This document shows positions 9,388 through 21,600 of a DNA stretch of 64,000 nucleotides, piece after piece. The notes under the pieces are model-generated. The model had not been told where the DNA came from and made no database searches. It saw nothing but the letters and a program-made list of their open reading frames with translations. This DNA is from an uncultured virus (IMG/VR IMGVR_UViG_3300001765_000054). Its lineage: Duplodnaviria; Heunggongvirae; Uroviricota; Caudoviricetes. The translations under genes were made by a program, and so were the position numbers. Numbering within the stretch: position 1 is the stretch's first letter; each line of letters opens with the position of its first letter. The stretch lies in IMG/VR virus record IMGVR_UViG_3300001765_000054, positions 1-64,000 of that record; one strand, 5' to 3'.

Positions 9388-10956
9388 GTGGCAGCACATA
9401 GATATTGGAGGATACTACCCGTCACCTTGGATGGATATGGCATAGCCACAACGATCGCAGTCATTCAGATGCGAGAGACGGTTGATGGACCAAACTTGTC
9501 TATCACCGGGAATGGCACAGCAAGCGCCCAATCCAGCAACGCATCCTATCCTGCAGCCAATGCGTTCAGGGGAGATGTATATCTCCCGCCGACATACGAC
9601 GGGTGGTGGTCAAGTCCAACCGGGCTGAATTGGATCATGTGGGACTTTGGCGATGGTGCAGCCTACTCCATAAATTACTTAACTCTATGGTCTGGAAGTA
9701 GCTACCCCATCCCGACATCGTTCAAGCTCCAGCACTCCGACGATGGGACGACATGGACTGATCAGGGTGATGGCACAGCAGGTTCCGCGCTAAGCACTCA
9801 GTTTACATTCGCTATGGTTCGGGGAGAGGCATCAGTAAGCATATCGCCGCCCGCGCCCATATTGGCGGCATACGCCGGAGCAGATGCCTCGGTCACGGCC
9901 CCAAGTCCTTCGCTATTCGCCGCTACAGGCGCCAATTCCCAAACACTCACCGCCCCCAGCCCACGACTCGTCCTCCAAGCCCACGACAGCACAGGCGAGC
10001 AGGCCGCGAACCTGACAGCGCCAAGCCCGACGCTCACGTTCTACACTGGAGCGAATGCCAGGCTCACAGCACCGAAACCCACGCTGACCGCCACCGGCAC
10101 AGTCACCCGCATGGCGACCGCCAGCCTGACGGCACCGAAACCCACGCTACAAGCCGCTGGCACTGTGACCAAGTTGGCGACCGCCACCCTGTCAGCACCC
10201 AGCCCGAACCTCGTAGGCTACGGCGGTGCAGTGTGCAGTGTCAGCGTTACCGGCAAGCCCACACTCACGGCCACCGGCACGACAGGCGGTGTCGCAACCG
10301 TCGCAGTCACAGCCCCGCTGTTCGAGCTGACCTCCACGGCTACCATGCAGAACCACGGCTCTGCGAACCTCATTGCTCCAAGCCCGCGCATGGGCCAGAC
10401 CATACAGGCGTGGCTGGCAGCACCAAGCGCACGGCTGACAGCTATCGGCACCGCAGTCGTCACAGCGACTTACGAAGCCTACGCGGTGAACCTCGGCCAC
10501 AGGCCACGGGTGACGAACCAAGAGATACCCGTCAACGAGGTCACGCACTACACGAACTTCCCGTTCACCCATGTGGTGCGCTATCAGAACAGCTACTACG
10601 GCGCGAACAGCACCGGCCTGTACCTGCTTGAAGGCACGACAGACAACGGCACGGCGATACCGTGGGCAGTCAAGACAGCGATGGACGACTTCAAGACACC
10701 GACGAAGAAGACCGTGGCATCAGCCTATTTCGGTGGTCGGTTCGGCCCGGCCAGTACGGTTCAGCTTCATGCTGGCGAACAGGCACCGAACACTTACAGC
10801 TTCAGCACGCCACGCGATGCGCTGGCCCAGAACCATCGCCAAGTGTTCGGCAAGGGTGTACGCGAGCGGTATTTCGCCCTGGGTGCATCGGGCACTGGAG
10901 CATGCGAGATCGACACGATTGAGCTTGAAACTCACAACATGACGAGGAGAATTTAA
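9388..10956 (+). CDS. Tail protein with N-terminal discoidin/F5-8C-like domain and A.LTAP.PTL repeats
   Basis: RYWRI...ASAQSS...AF...W.S..W...DFG...PTSFKLQ.SDDG..W; GGAG SD before GTG. Confidence 0.6.
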   Translation: MAAHRYWRILPVTLDGYGIATTIAVIQMRETVDGPNLSITGNGTASAQSSNASYPAANAFRGDVYLPPTYDGWWSSPTGLNWIMWDFGDGAAYSINYLTLWSGSSYPIPTSFKLQHSDDGTTWTDQGDGTAGSALSTQFTFAMVRGEASVSISPPAPILAAYAGADASVTAPSPSLFAATGANSQTLTAPSPRLVLQAHDSTGEQAANLTAPSPTLTFYTGANARLTAPKPTLTATGTVTRMATASLTAPKPTLQAAGTVTKLATATLSAPSPNLVGYGGAVCSVSVTGKPTLTATGTTGGVATVAVTAPLFELTSTATMQNHGSANLIAPSPRMGQTIQAWLAAPSARLTAIGTAVVTATYEAYAVNLGHRPRVTNQEIPVNEVTHYTNFPFTHVVRYQNSYYGANSTGLYLLEGTTDNGTAIPWAVKTAMDDFKTPTKKTVASAYFGGRFGPASTVQLHAGEQAPNTYSFSTPRDALAQNHRQVFGKGVRERYFALGASGTGACEIDTIELETHNMTRRI

Positions 10957-12856
10957 TGGCAACTACACCTACGACGCCCACAGCGAAACAGCTAATAGAT
11001 GCGGCAAAGATTTATGCAGCAGGCATGGTTACTGCCTCAGACGTCGCAATTGGCGATGCACTGAAAGCGATAGAAAATATAGGGTACATCGCTGTCCTCC
11101 GTCCTTACCCAACGCCCCGCCCGCATCGGTAAACCTGACACCCCCGACGCTCACTGGAGTTACCCTCGACCTACCAATAGAACCGGGCGGGATGCCGACG
11201 TTCCAAGACATCTCGGAGATTGACACGTCTAATGCACCAGCGCCCCTGGATGCCGCTGCCCCCGACGTGACCGACCCGACGCAGCCCGCTCAACTAGCCG
11301 AGTTTGGCACCTCCTTGCCGAGTCTGAACCTCGAGGCCCAGTTCCCGAGTGCTCCATCGCTGCTCGTTCCAGCCCCGCCAAACGTCGGCGATCGCGAAGC
11401 ACCGCCCGCCCCGAACATTGTTCTGCCGGCATTCAGTGGGATTCGCCCAGAGGATGCAGTTGCGGCTCCAAACGATCTAGCGGCTGCGCTGGCTGGTGCG
11501 TACCAGGAGGCTGCGCCGAGGTTTGTCACGATGGCAGACGGGTACGTCGATGCACAGATGGCGAAGATCAACCCAAGGTATCATGAGCAACTCACGCGGA
11601 TTGAAGACCAACTGGCCAAGTACCTCGACGGCGGCACTGGCCTGAAACCCGAGGTTGAGGACGCGATCTACTCTCGCGCTCGTGGCAAGAACGACGCTGA
11701 GGCCCGCCGTGTGCGTGATCAGGCGCTCAACGATGCAGCTACTCGTGGCTTCACTCTGCCCACCGGTGCGCTGATGTCTGCCATGCAGCAGGCCCGGCAA
11801 GCAGGTGCTGATACGAACGCCCGCGCAGCATCTGAGATCGTGGCCATGCAGGCTGAGATGGAGCAGAAAAACCTCCAGTTCGCTGTGACCACTTCGACAG
11901 GGCTACGCACGGCGATGGTGAGCGCTACGCTCGGATACCTGCAAAGTGTTGTAGCCCTGAATGGCCAGGCCAGTGCCTACGCACAGAGCATGGTGAACGC
12001 GCTGGTCGAGACGTATAACGCATCCGTACGCTTGTACACAGCAAAGATCGAAGGGTACAAGGCAGATGCCCAGGTATATCAGACATTGGTCCAGTCGGCC
12101 CTCGTCGGTATCGAGGTGTACAAAGCCGAGATTCAGGCACTACAAGCCCTGACCCAGGTGGATATGTCCCGCGTGGCTGTGTACCGGGCGCGAATTGATG
12201 TGCTGACATCACTCACCACGATGTACAAAACTCAAGTGGATGCAACGGTCAGCAAAGCCTCCCTCGAGAGGTTGAAAGTCGATCTGTTCCAGGCGCAAGT
12301 GCAGGCTTATGGTGCCCAAGTCACTGCAAAAACTGCGGAGTGGCAGGGGTTCACGGCCCAAGTCGGCGGAAATGTCGCGAAGTTGAAAATGCGGGAGAGC
12401 GAGATCGGCGCATATTCGGCCCAAGTGGCTGGGTATAAGGCATCAATCGACGCGCAATCCGCCGCCACCCAAGCCCAGGCTATGACGAACGACGCACGGG
12501 CAAAGCAGTACATCGCTTCTGTTGAAGCCTACAAAGCGGTTGTAATGTCAAAGGGTGAGGTTGCCAGAACCCAGCTCGAGAACCAACGCCAGTCGGTCGT
12601 TGCATTTCAGGCACAGACCGCAGCAGCCGTAGCGGACGCGCAAGTGAGAACCGAGTTCTACAAGGCGACGTCTGACATATCCATTAAACAGGCCCAGTTG
12701 GGTATAGATGCGGCGCTGAAATCTTCTGACCTGACCCAGCAATATGGCAGAACCATTGCATCCTTGCACCAGTCCACAGCCACGGTTCACGCAAACTTGG
12801 CGGGGGCAGCTATGGCTGGAATGAACGCACTGGCTGTTGAGTATGCAGCTACCTAA
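10956..12856 (+). CDS. Coiled-coil virion protein, apparently frameshifted near 11095
   Basis: ATG at 10956 is coupled to the upstream stop but that frame ends near 11132; the frame of the 554-aa ORF is open and protein-like from about 11096. Confidence 0.6.
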
Positions 12857-12893
12857 GACTGCGATAATCATCTAAGCTCTTTGAAAGACAACT

Positions 12894-15638
12894 ATGCAGA
12901 AAAGCCCTCTACGCCAAGCCGAATCCCGTATCCACCGGTTCGGTCAGAATCAGCTCACGCTGCGGGCCCAGAGTGGGCTAGAACTATCTCCAGGCGACGG
13001 CAAAATAGATAGCGCGTCAATGCTCGGCACTGGAAGCTTCCAGATGGCCATGCCTCAGATAGGGATGAAGCACGGTGGTGAGATACACATGAAGCTCGGC
13101 GGCGGGATCGAAGGGTTTGTCAGCGACGTGCAAGGGTTGTTCGATAGTGAAGAACCCGCTCAAGCTCAAGCTGCACCTGGCGCGACGATAACTGCTGGCC
13201 AGTTCCCGTACCAGCGGGGGAAGATCGGTAGCATGTTCGACGCAGAGCGCGCTGCGTTCAAACAAAGGCTCACTGCACCTAAACAACCAGCGCCACTGTC
13301 GCCGCAACCCTCATCCTCCCCGGTGGGCCAGATTGTCCCAGGCCGCACTGCGGCAGAGCAGACAGCTCCTGACAGTATGGGCATCACGCACAACCTGAAC
13401 CCGAACCTCAGCACTATGTCAGGCAAACCCTCGCAACTGCGTGCCTACTCAGTAGCTGAGCCTGGTACGACATCAGCGCAGAACGACGCAAATGCGTGGA
13501 AGGGTGTCACACCCTTACAGGCCCCGAGCTTCGCAGAGGCGAACGCTGCGTTCTCAGCGCAGCAGTTGGGTGCAAGCGCAGCACCAGATGCCAATCAGCC
13601 ATGGAAGACGGTGACCACCATGCGCACGGATTCAGTAGGCGCGCCGATCCAGCAGAACCTCTATAAGCAGGGCAACAGCTACTCGGATAAACCGATGGGT
13701 TTGCGCACTGACAGCCCGCCACCTCAGCAGTCAATGCCAAGCTACTCTGGCAGTGTCGGCGGGCGGCCAGCTATCCCCGGCGGCAAGATGCCGATGAACA
13801 ACTTCGACATGACCCAGCTAGCGCCGCAGGAAGAGCCGTCGATCACCGTGTCGGCGAACCCGTCTTCTAACCCCCTGTACCGGGTGGGCATGCGCACCGG
13901 CGGCGAGTACGAGGACGGGGAGGGGGGACTTGTGCCCGGGCCAGCACGGGGAGACAAATTCAAAGCGAAGTACGAAGGCGGCGAGTTCGTTGTCAGCAAC
14001 GACATGCTCGACGCCGAGCCTGAGCTGCGGAGCCATCTGCGCGGGCTGCGCGAGGTGGTGCTAGCCGAGAAGGGCATGACGCCTGAGCAGGCAGACGCGA
14101 AGGCTTTGAACGGGGGGAAAGGGTTGAGAGCCGAAAGTTCGTTCGGCGGATACGACCCAAAAAGCCCGCTTGTTCAGCAGGAGCTGGCACGCGCCCAGGC
14201 TATGAAGATGGGGTTCGACCCCCGCAACCCAGCCATCAGCTCTCAGCTACGCGAAGCCGCTCCGGAGATACCCATCCCGGCAGACAGGGTGCGTACCGCC
14301 GAACGGCTCGAATCATTTAACAACCGAATGAACCGGCCCGGAGCGCCTGCGCCTATGCCGGAGGCTACCCCTACGCCTCCGAACTCAGGCCCGCCTAAGC
14401 CCCCCGGCGGATACCGCGCTGGGCAAAAAGCAGCCCTGCTCATGCGGGGTGCAGGCCGCGCAGTACCGGTGCTGGCCGGCGGGTACGAACTCGCCAGCGG
14501 TATGGATGAAGGTGACGGCTGGAAGATGGCGAAAGGTGCAGGCGACATGGCTGCTGGTGCTGCACTTGCCACGCCCGCTGCTCCCATTGCCGCAGGGTAT
14601 CTGGGCCTGCGTGGCGTGTATGAGGGAGCCAAAGCCGTCGCCCCGATGGTGTCTGACTACTTCATGCGTGACAAAGACAAGGCTGTCGCCGATATGCTGA
14701 ACCCGCCTCAGCAGAAGACCAACCTGCGCGAGGCTGGTGATCCATTCAAAGCCGCTAACGACGCCAAGCTGGCAAAGTTCAAAACTGAATGGGATAAGTA
14801 CAACGCCCCCGGAGAACTCGGTGCTACCCGCAACTTTGATCACAGCGGTAACCTGATGCCCAAGGGCCAGGAGATGTACTACACCGGCCCGAAGATGGGG
14901 TGGCAGCAGCGCACTACGGAGAAGGAACTCGCCAAGCTCAACGCAGACAAGGTTAAGTGGCAGCGCGAGATGAGTGGTCGCCCTGACCCAATGATGAACC
15001 CGGCAATGTTCGGGCACATGCTAAAGGCGCAGGAGATACAGCTCGCTCAGGCCAACGCAGACCGCAGCTACGGGCTCGATGTGGCTAAGCACGGGCAAGA
15101 AGTAGCGAGCAACAACGCCAGCCAGAAGATCGCCGCCAACAGAGACTGGGATGATCACGCGTCGAAGATATTCCAGACTAAAGACTCAGACGGGAAAATC
15201 GTGCCCGATGCCAAGCTCATCGCAGATTACACCCAGGCGACCGACGCCACCATCGGCAAAATGATCCCATCTTTGCTGAACTCAAAGGACCCTGAGAAAG
15301 TAGCCTACGGCAAGCTCCTCGCAGCTAAGGGGCGCACTGCGCTCGATGATCAGGATCGTGCGGATATGACCAAGCACTTCCAACGTATGGACCTAGCACG
15401 CAAATCCTACGGAATTTCGCCCCTAGCCGGAAGCGGCGGCACGACCAACGACCTACGCACTTACGCCGACAGGAATATGCGCGCCCAAAAAGGCAATATC
15501 TTCCAGGAACGAGTCGAGTTCGTCGATCCAGATACAGGGGAGCCAGTTGGCAGCACTCCCAGGGTAAACATGCAGCACGGACCTGATGCCAACCATATCT
15601 TTGGCAACTGGTCAAGTTCTAACAACTCACTTAGATAA
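12894..15638 (+). CDS. Putative internal virion/ejection protein
   Basis: 914 aa, low complexity with Gly/Ala hydrophobic stretch; directly before the giant ORF. Confidence 0.55.
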   Translation: MQKSPLRQAESRIHRFGQNQLTLRAQSGLELSPGDGKIDSASMLGTGSFQMAMPQIGMKHGGEIHMKLGGGIEGFVSDVQGLFDSEEPAQAQAAPGATITAGQFPYQRGKIGSMFDAERAAFKQRLTAPKQPAPLSPQPSSSPVGQIVPGRTAAEQTAPDSMGITHNLNPNLSTMSGKPSQLRAYSVAEPGTTSAQNDANAWKGVTPLQAPSFAEANAAFSAQQLGASAAPDANQPWKTVTTMRTDSVGAPIQQNLYKQGNSYSDKPMGLRTDSPPPQQSMPSYSGSVGGRPAIPGGKMPMNNFDMTQLAPQEEPSITVSANPSSNPLYRVGMRTGGEYEDGEGGLVPGPARGDKFKAKYEGGEFVVSNDMLDAEPELRSHLRGLREVVLAEKGMTPEQADAKALNGGKGLRAESSFGGYDPKSPLVQQELARAQAMKMGFDPRNPAISSQLREAAPEIPIPADRVRTAERLESFNNRMNRPGAPAPMPEATPTPPNSGPPKPPGGYRAGQKAALLMRGAGRAVPVLAGGYELASGMDEGDGWKMAKGAGDMAAGAALATPAAPIAAGYLGLRGVYEGAKAVAPMVSDYFMRDKDKAVADMLNPPQQKTNLREAGDPFKAANDAKLAKFKTEWDKYNAPGELGATRNFDHSGNLMPKGQEMYYTGPKMGWQQRTTEKELAKLNADKVKWQREMSGRPDPMMNPAMFGHMLKAQEIQLAQANADRSYGLDVAKHGQEVASNNASQKIAANRDWDDHASKIFQTKDSDGKIVPDAKLIADYTQATDATIGKMIPSLLNSKDPEKVAYGKLLAAKGRTALDDQDRADMTKHFQRMDLARKSYGISPLAGSGGTTNDLRTYADRNMRAQKGNIFQERVEFVDPDTGEPVGSTPRVNMQHGPDANHIFGNWSSSNNSLR

Positions 15639-15647
15639 GGGCACACC

Positions 15648-18600
15648 ATGGGAATGTTTTCTGAACTGCTGCAGGCACAAGACCCGCAAGCCATGGAGTT
15701 TGACGACACCGTCGGCACGGCGCTCAGCAAGGGCTGGAGTTCCGGCCTGCGCGGTGCTGGCTCTCAGCTCCAGTCCGTTGCGGGCATGGCTGGGGAGCTG
15801 GTCGGCGCCGACGACTTCGCCAAGGAGCGTTACACCGATTCTGATGCGCTTCGTCAGGAGGCGCAGCAGTACGCTCCACAAGTCGGCAGGTGGGATGACG
15901 TTCACGGCGGCAAAGACTTCCTGCGCTACGCTGCTGGTCTGGTCGGCGGCTCGGCCCCAGTCTCGTTGGCCGCGATGGGTGCCTCGGCGCTTACCGGTGG
16001 TGCAGCGATCCCTGGGCTGTTGGCTGCCACAGGAGCAATCGCTCCGTTCGAGATCGGCGACGCAATCCAGAAGCAGCAGGCTGATCCGACATCCGCAGAG
16101 CGCCCACTGGGTGAACGCGCCCTAGGTGTCGGGCTCGGCGGCTTGGGCTCGGCGGCGTTCCAGAGTATCGTGCCACACATGGCCGCGAGCAAGCTGCTGC
16201 GGGCCGGTGCCCCCGGCCTGGCTCAGCAGTCAGCACGCGGGCTGTACGGCAAGAACGTGGGTGGAGCCCTCGCCCTGGAGGGCGTGGCCGAAGGCGGTGG
16301 CGATGCGCTCAAACAGGTCGGTGCCAACCCGGATGCGCCGCTTGACTGGGCATCGATCAAGGAGAACACCATCGGCGGCGCGGTCGCTGGTGGTGCCATG
16401 GGCCACGTCGGGTTCGCTGGAGAGATGGCGCACCGTGTGGCCCCGCAGATCGGTGAGGCTTACGATTCAGCCAAGACGTCGATTAATGAGCGCCTGGCTG
16501 CGGCGAAGGCCGGCACAGAGGGTAAGCTCAACGAGCTCGGCGAGACTGCTCCAGGTAAGAAGGTCAAGTCAGCGTTCGAGGACATGGGCGAGCTGATGGG
16601 TAAGGCCCGGACAAAGATCGACGACACCCTTGGCAAGATGACCCGAGGCGAAGAGCTCGGCAGCCCACAGGATTGGCTCAACGCCACCACCGACGAAGCG
16701 AAGAAGCGGATGACAGAGCTCTCCGACAGTGAGAAGTACAAGGCCACGATGAAGTGGGGCAAGGAGATGCTCGACAGCGCTGGGCTCGATGAAGCCAAAC
16801 GCGCCGAGCTCATGGCTGCCATGGCCAACGCCAAGGACTCCGCCAGCCAGATGACGGTAGCTACCATGAAGAAAGCGTGGGACCTGGGCCAGGCGGCAGC
16901 CAAGCGGGTCAACGCATTCGCCGACGCGGTAAAAGAGAGCCACAACAAGTACAAGCGCAAGGATGTCGATGCCGAGACAAAATGGACTGACATCAATGAG
17001 GATGGCTCTCCGGTTACGCCCAACGACTGGGCGCGCCTGGACTTCAACGGCCCTACGGACGAGGCTGCGCCGCCCGAGGGGCCTGCGCCCAATAAGCCAG
17101 CGCCTGGCCCATGGGACGAGATCGATGACATCCTGAATGCGTCAGAAGCTCAACAGGATGTGCCTCCCCCTCCGAGGGTTGAGCCAAAAGCATGGACGAT
17201 CAACGACCGCAAGGAGTACATAGCCCAGAAGATGGCCGAGGGGATGACGAAGGATGAAGCCAAGGAGGCGTTCCGCGATGAGTATCTGGACCAGTCGAAG
17301 AAGTCTGAGGACTACTCCGGTGCTGACAAGGCGATCCACACTGCGCTGATCGAGTCCGGGCTGGCCCAGCGCCGTCCTGACCTGTTTGACAACAACGACT
17401 CTATCAACGAGATGGCAAGCGCTTTGCGCCTTATCGGCGAGATGGTCCCTAAAGGGCCGCTGAGCCCGAAGGTGATGGATCGGTTCACTGACGTGTTCGG
17501 TACAGACTCGCTCGACGTTCTGGAGACGGTACTGAATGCACTGAGCGGCAACAAGCTCGACTCGACTGCGGTCGAGAAGAAGTTCGCCGTCCTGAACCAG
17601 ATCGAAGCGTCTCGTGGGAACAAGGTCAAGATGCACGACAAGCTCGCCGCGATGCTCTCCCCCGATGCTCAGGACACTGAGGCTGTGCAGGACCCGGCAC
17701 GCATCCTCGAGGTCATGACCGCCCACGCACGAGGCGAAACAACCAAGGGCAAGGGTGCTGCAGAGACCCAGGCAATCAACACCCGGTTCGCCAACCTGAC
17801 CCAGCACCTGTTTGGTGACAACGCAGACCGAGCATACGAGTTCGTTGAGAAGCACGCCCGTCAGGTCAAGTCAGGGATGTACGACGAGGACGGCGGGCTG
17901 CGCGGCACCACAGACGGCGGGCCTGACAGAGCGTTCGCTGTCGAGGGCAACCAGGACGCTGAGTTCGATGAGAACGGCAACGACATCGACACCACCAGTA
18001 ACGAGGCCCAAGACTCCGAGGTCGGCTACACCCCGCTGGGCAGCACGGCGAAGTTCGACGACCAGGGCAACCGGATCGAAGGGGAGCAGCAGCATAGACT
18101 AGAGTACGGCCTGACCAAGCCGGATGTGAAAGGCAAGAGCAAGAGCAAACTCAACGGACGCGCCATGCCCGAGGGTAGCCAGTACGCGAACCAGCACCAG
18201 CTCGACCTGGAGCGCCAGTACAGCACGCTTGATGCCGACGGCAAGGTGGTGCGTACCGCCGCACAGAACGGCTACCACGTCTACTTCGAACGTCTAACTG
18301 GGACAGAGGCTCGTGACCACGGTGACACTACGGTGACCGACAAGGACGGGAACACCACGGTTGTGCCCGGCGCGAAGATGGGCCGCATCGTCGTGGAAGA
18401 TCGGCGCAACCCCGGCGAGTTCAGCGCTGAAGACCTCGATGGCATGAAGCTCGACACGACAGCGTTCCCGAACAGCCGCAGCCGGTTGGAGATCGGCGGG
18501 CATATTGTTGACGCGACTCGGATCGCATCAGTTGCACGCGAAAAGATACAGGGACGTACCGAGCGCGAAGTGCCGATGAACTATGTTCAGCGCATGATCG

Positions 18601-21600
18601 ACGGGTTCAAGCAGGGCATCGCCATGCTGAACCAGCAGTTCGGGGAGAAGGAGAAAATCTGGTCGAAGAACCCAGGGAACGTAGACCGCGACATCTCCAT
18701 CGCCCGGCTCACAGAGCTGCGCGCCCAGCACCTGGCGGCGAAGAAAGCCGGGGCACACCCGGACGTGCTGAAGGCCATCGTCGCCGAGGCCAACGGCATC
18801 AAAGAGGGCAAGGGCGGGATGATCGTCCCGGACTCGACGGTGATTGGGTTCGTGACGGCGAACGGTCGGCGCAAACCGATGACCTGGGGGGAAGCGAAGA
18901 AGCTCGACTTCCGCACCCCAGGTGAGAAGAACAGTGACAAAATACATAGCAATATCAACGACTTACGCAAGCAGTACCAGTTGGCTCGTAGAGCTGGAGA
19001 GCCGAAGGAAGTGCTCGCCGCGATCAAGGAAGACATCAAGGACGCTCAGAGCGACCTGGATTGGATGCGCAACAAAGACCTCGCCGCTGGGGACGACATC
19101 GTTGGGTCCGAGCGCCCGCGTCTGCCGCCGACTGAGCGCAAGCGCAACGCTGACGGCAGCCCGGTCAGCTACGACGACTCCGTCACGAAGTTCGACGGCA
19201 ACTGGATTGAGCCGGACTACCATGAGATCAACCGCGCAGTCGATGCAGGGGCGACGATCATCACCGACACGTTCACCAACCGCAAACGCATCTACAACCT
19301 GGGCGAGCGCAAGGTCGCCAAGCACCTCAAGTCTCAAGGGTATGCCGAGATCGAGCCGGGCCTCTGGACGCCGGGCGGGCAGGAGCCGGCAAGCGACGGC
19401 GGCACGGGGTTCAAGCTGACCCCACGCAACGAGTACACCGGCAAGGATCAGCACAAAGCAAACCGGGCGACGCACTTCATCGGCAGGGGTCATGCAAAGT
19501 CTTCGACCGCAGCCTACGCACGAGACGCGAAGAGCCAGGGGGTTCCGGTCAACGCTGGGAAGTACGGGCCAGAGGACTATGTGTTCGTCAGCTCGAACGG
19601 GTCAAGCTCGGCGAGCAAGAACCCCAAATACGTGCCAGACAGCAAAGACCCGAGGGAACAGGAGTACGTCGCCAACGACAGCAACACGTTCTTCCCCGAG
19701 GCCAACACTGGTCGAGACACCCGGTTCGACAAAGACACCGGGATGCTGAACAAGACAGGCGCGAACGAGGTGCTGCAGGGGAACTACCACGGGGGGATTA
19801 ACTTGGCCGAGCACAGGAACGAGGCCACCGAAAACGCTGACGGCAAGACGCTCCCGATCATAGGGGCAGCGCGTTTGGCTGCTGTCGGCGACGTAGGCTT
19901 CAACGCAGGCCAGGGCCAGGGCCGGCGCGAGATCGGCAAAGACGAGAACATCCACCTGACCGCTGCGCTGCAGGGCGAGCGCGACGGGCCGTTGTACGGC
20001 AGCCAGACTGACGGGAAGCTCAAGACCGGTGCAGAGCTGATGAAAGACCCCCGCACTACCTCCGGCGGGATGGATCGTGGGCGCTCGAACATGGACGGCA
20101 GCGGTCACTGGGTCGGTGTCGGGTCACGACTGCTGTACAACAACCTCGTCGATACCGTCCACTCGTGGGACGCTACGGCCAGCGCCGCAGCGGCGAAGAT
20201 CAAGAGCCGGGCGCTGACGCTGCTGGCGAGCATGAGCAGCATGAGCGAGGTCGATCAGCGCAGGCTCATCGCCCTGGCCCCGGAGCCCGAGAAGAGCAAG
20301 GTCAAGAGCACCGTCAACTACGGGGACAAGGGCATCGCCAACTCGACGCTGAAGTCCACCATCGACCAGATGACCGAGCGCCAGGTGGTCATGGAGCTCA
20401 ACCGCAGGCAGGCGATGATGGAGACCATGCCAGAGGATGCCAGTTGGAACTGGCGCAACATGATCAGCAACGAGATCAAGCTGCTGGAGGCCCAGCTCGA
20501 CAGCGGCAAGTTCGGCAAGGGCATGGCACGCTCTGACCTGGACGTGACCCCGGCAGAAGCCTCGAAGCTGATCAACGAGCTGAGCCGGAAGTACAAGGAC
20601 GTGATCATGGCGCCTGGGGTGAATGGCGAGAGCCTGGTAGTGAAGAAGGGCGCGATTGCGAAGAACCCTGTGCGGTTCAACAAGGGTACTGCCGTTGGCG
20701 CAGAGCGACCAGCCAATGCGACCATCTCAGACCCTTACACCCACCTCGACCTCGAACGCGACGAGAAGGCCAACCAGGCCAACGCCAACCGTGGCTCATC
20801 AGGGGCGAGCACCCAGAGCGGAGTGACCCTGAAGGCAGACAAGGCTCGTGCTGCGCGGCAGGATGATCTAGAGGCAGCCTTCGTCGGTACTCAGCACGAA
20901 CCAGTGCCCCGTTCCACAGACGGCGGGCGGGTGCCGGATCAGCGCGACGCCCCCGGCAAGGACGCGGTGGATGCGCGTAGGAATATGACCAAGGCCACGC
21001 CGGAGCAGCTCGCTGCGCTGGTGGCAGCTCGCGGAGGGCCAACAAACCCAAAAGCCGTAGCCGCCAAGAAGGCGGCGTTCGTGGAGAGAGCAGCCTCTGG
21101 TGACAAGGCACTGATCGAGGAACTCAGCACCTCGGACGACGCCAAGGGGCTACAGCGGGCGGCTGAGCTGCTGGCCGAGCAGCCGGCGACTGAGAACATC
21201 ATGGCTGTGACTGACGCCATCAACGACCGGTTGAGCTTCCTGATGGGGGACCCGGACGTGGCGTACAGCATGGAGACCACCAACCCGAACACCAACGCCA
21301 AGAACCCTCAGACCAGCAAGGACATCCGCGAGTACATCGAGAAAGTCCTGGGCCACTCGGTCAAGCTGGCCTGGGCCAAGTTCACCCACGCAGGCGAGTT
21401 CCGGCGCACGTCTGCGGGCGACATCATCCGCCTGTCAGTCCACGCGCTGAACCCGATGTCCACGGCGTACCACGAGAGCCTGCACGCTTTCTTCGCCCAA
21501 CTGCGTGATGCTGGTGCCCACGACATCATCCGGGTCGTTGAGGCTGCGGCGCGGTCGCCCCACATCATGAAGCAGATTCGGGAGTTCTACAAGAACCAGC

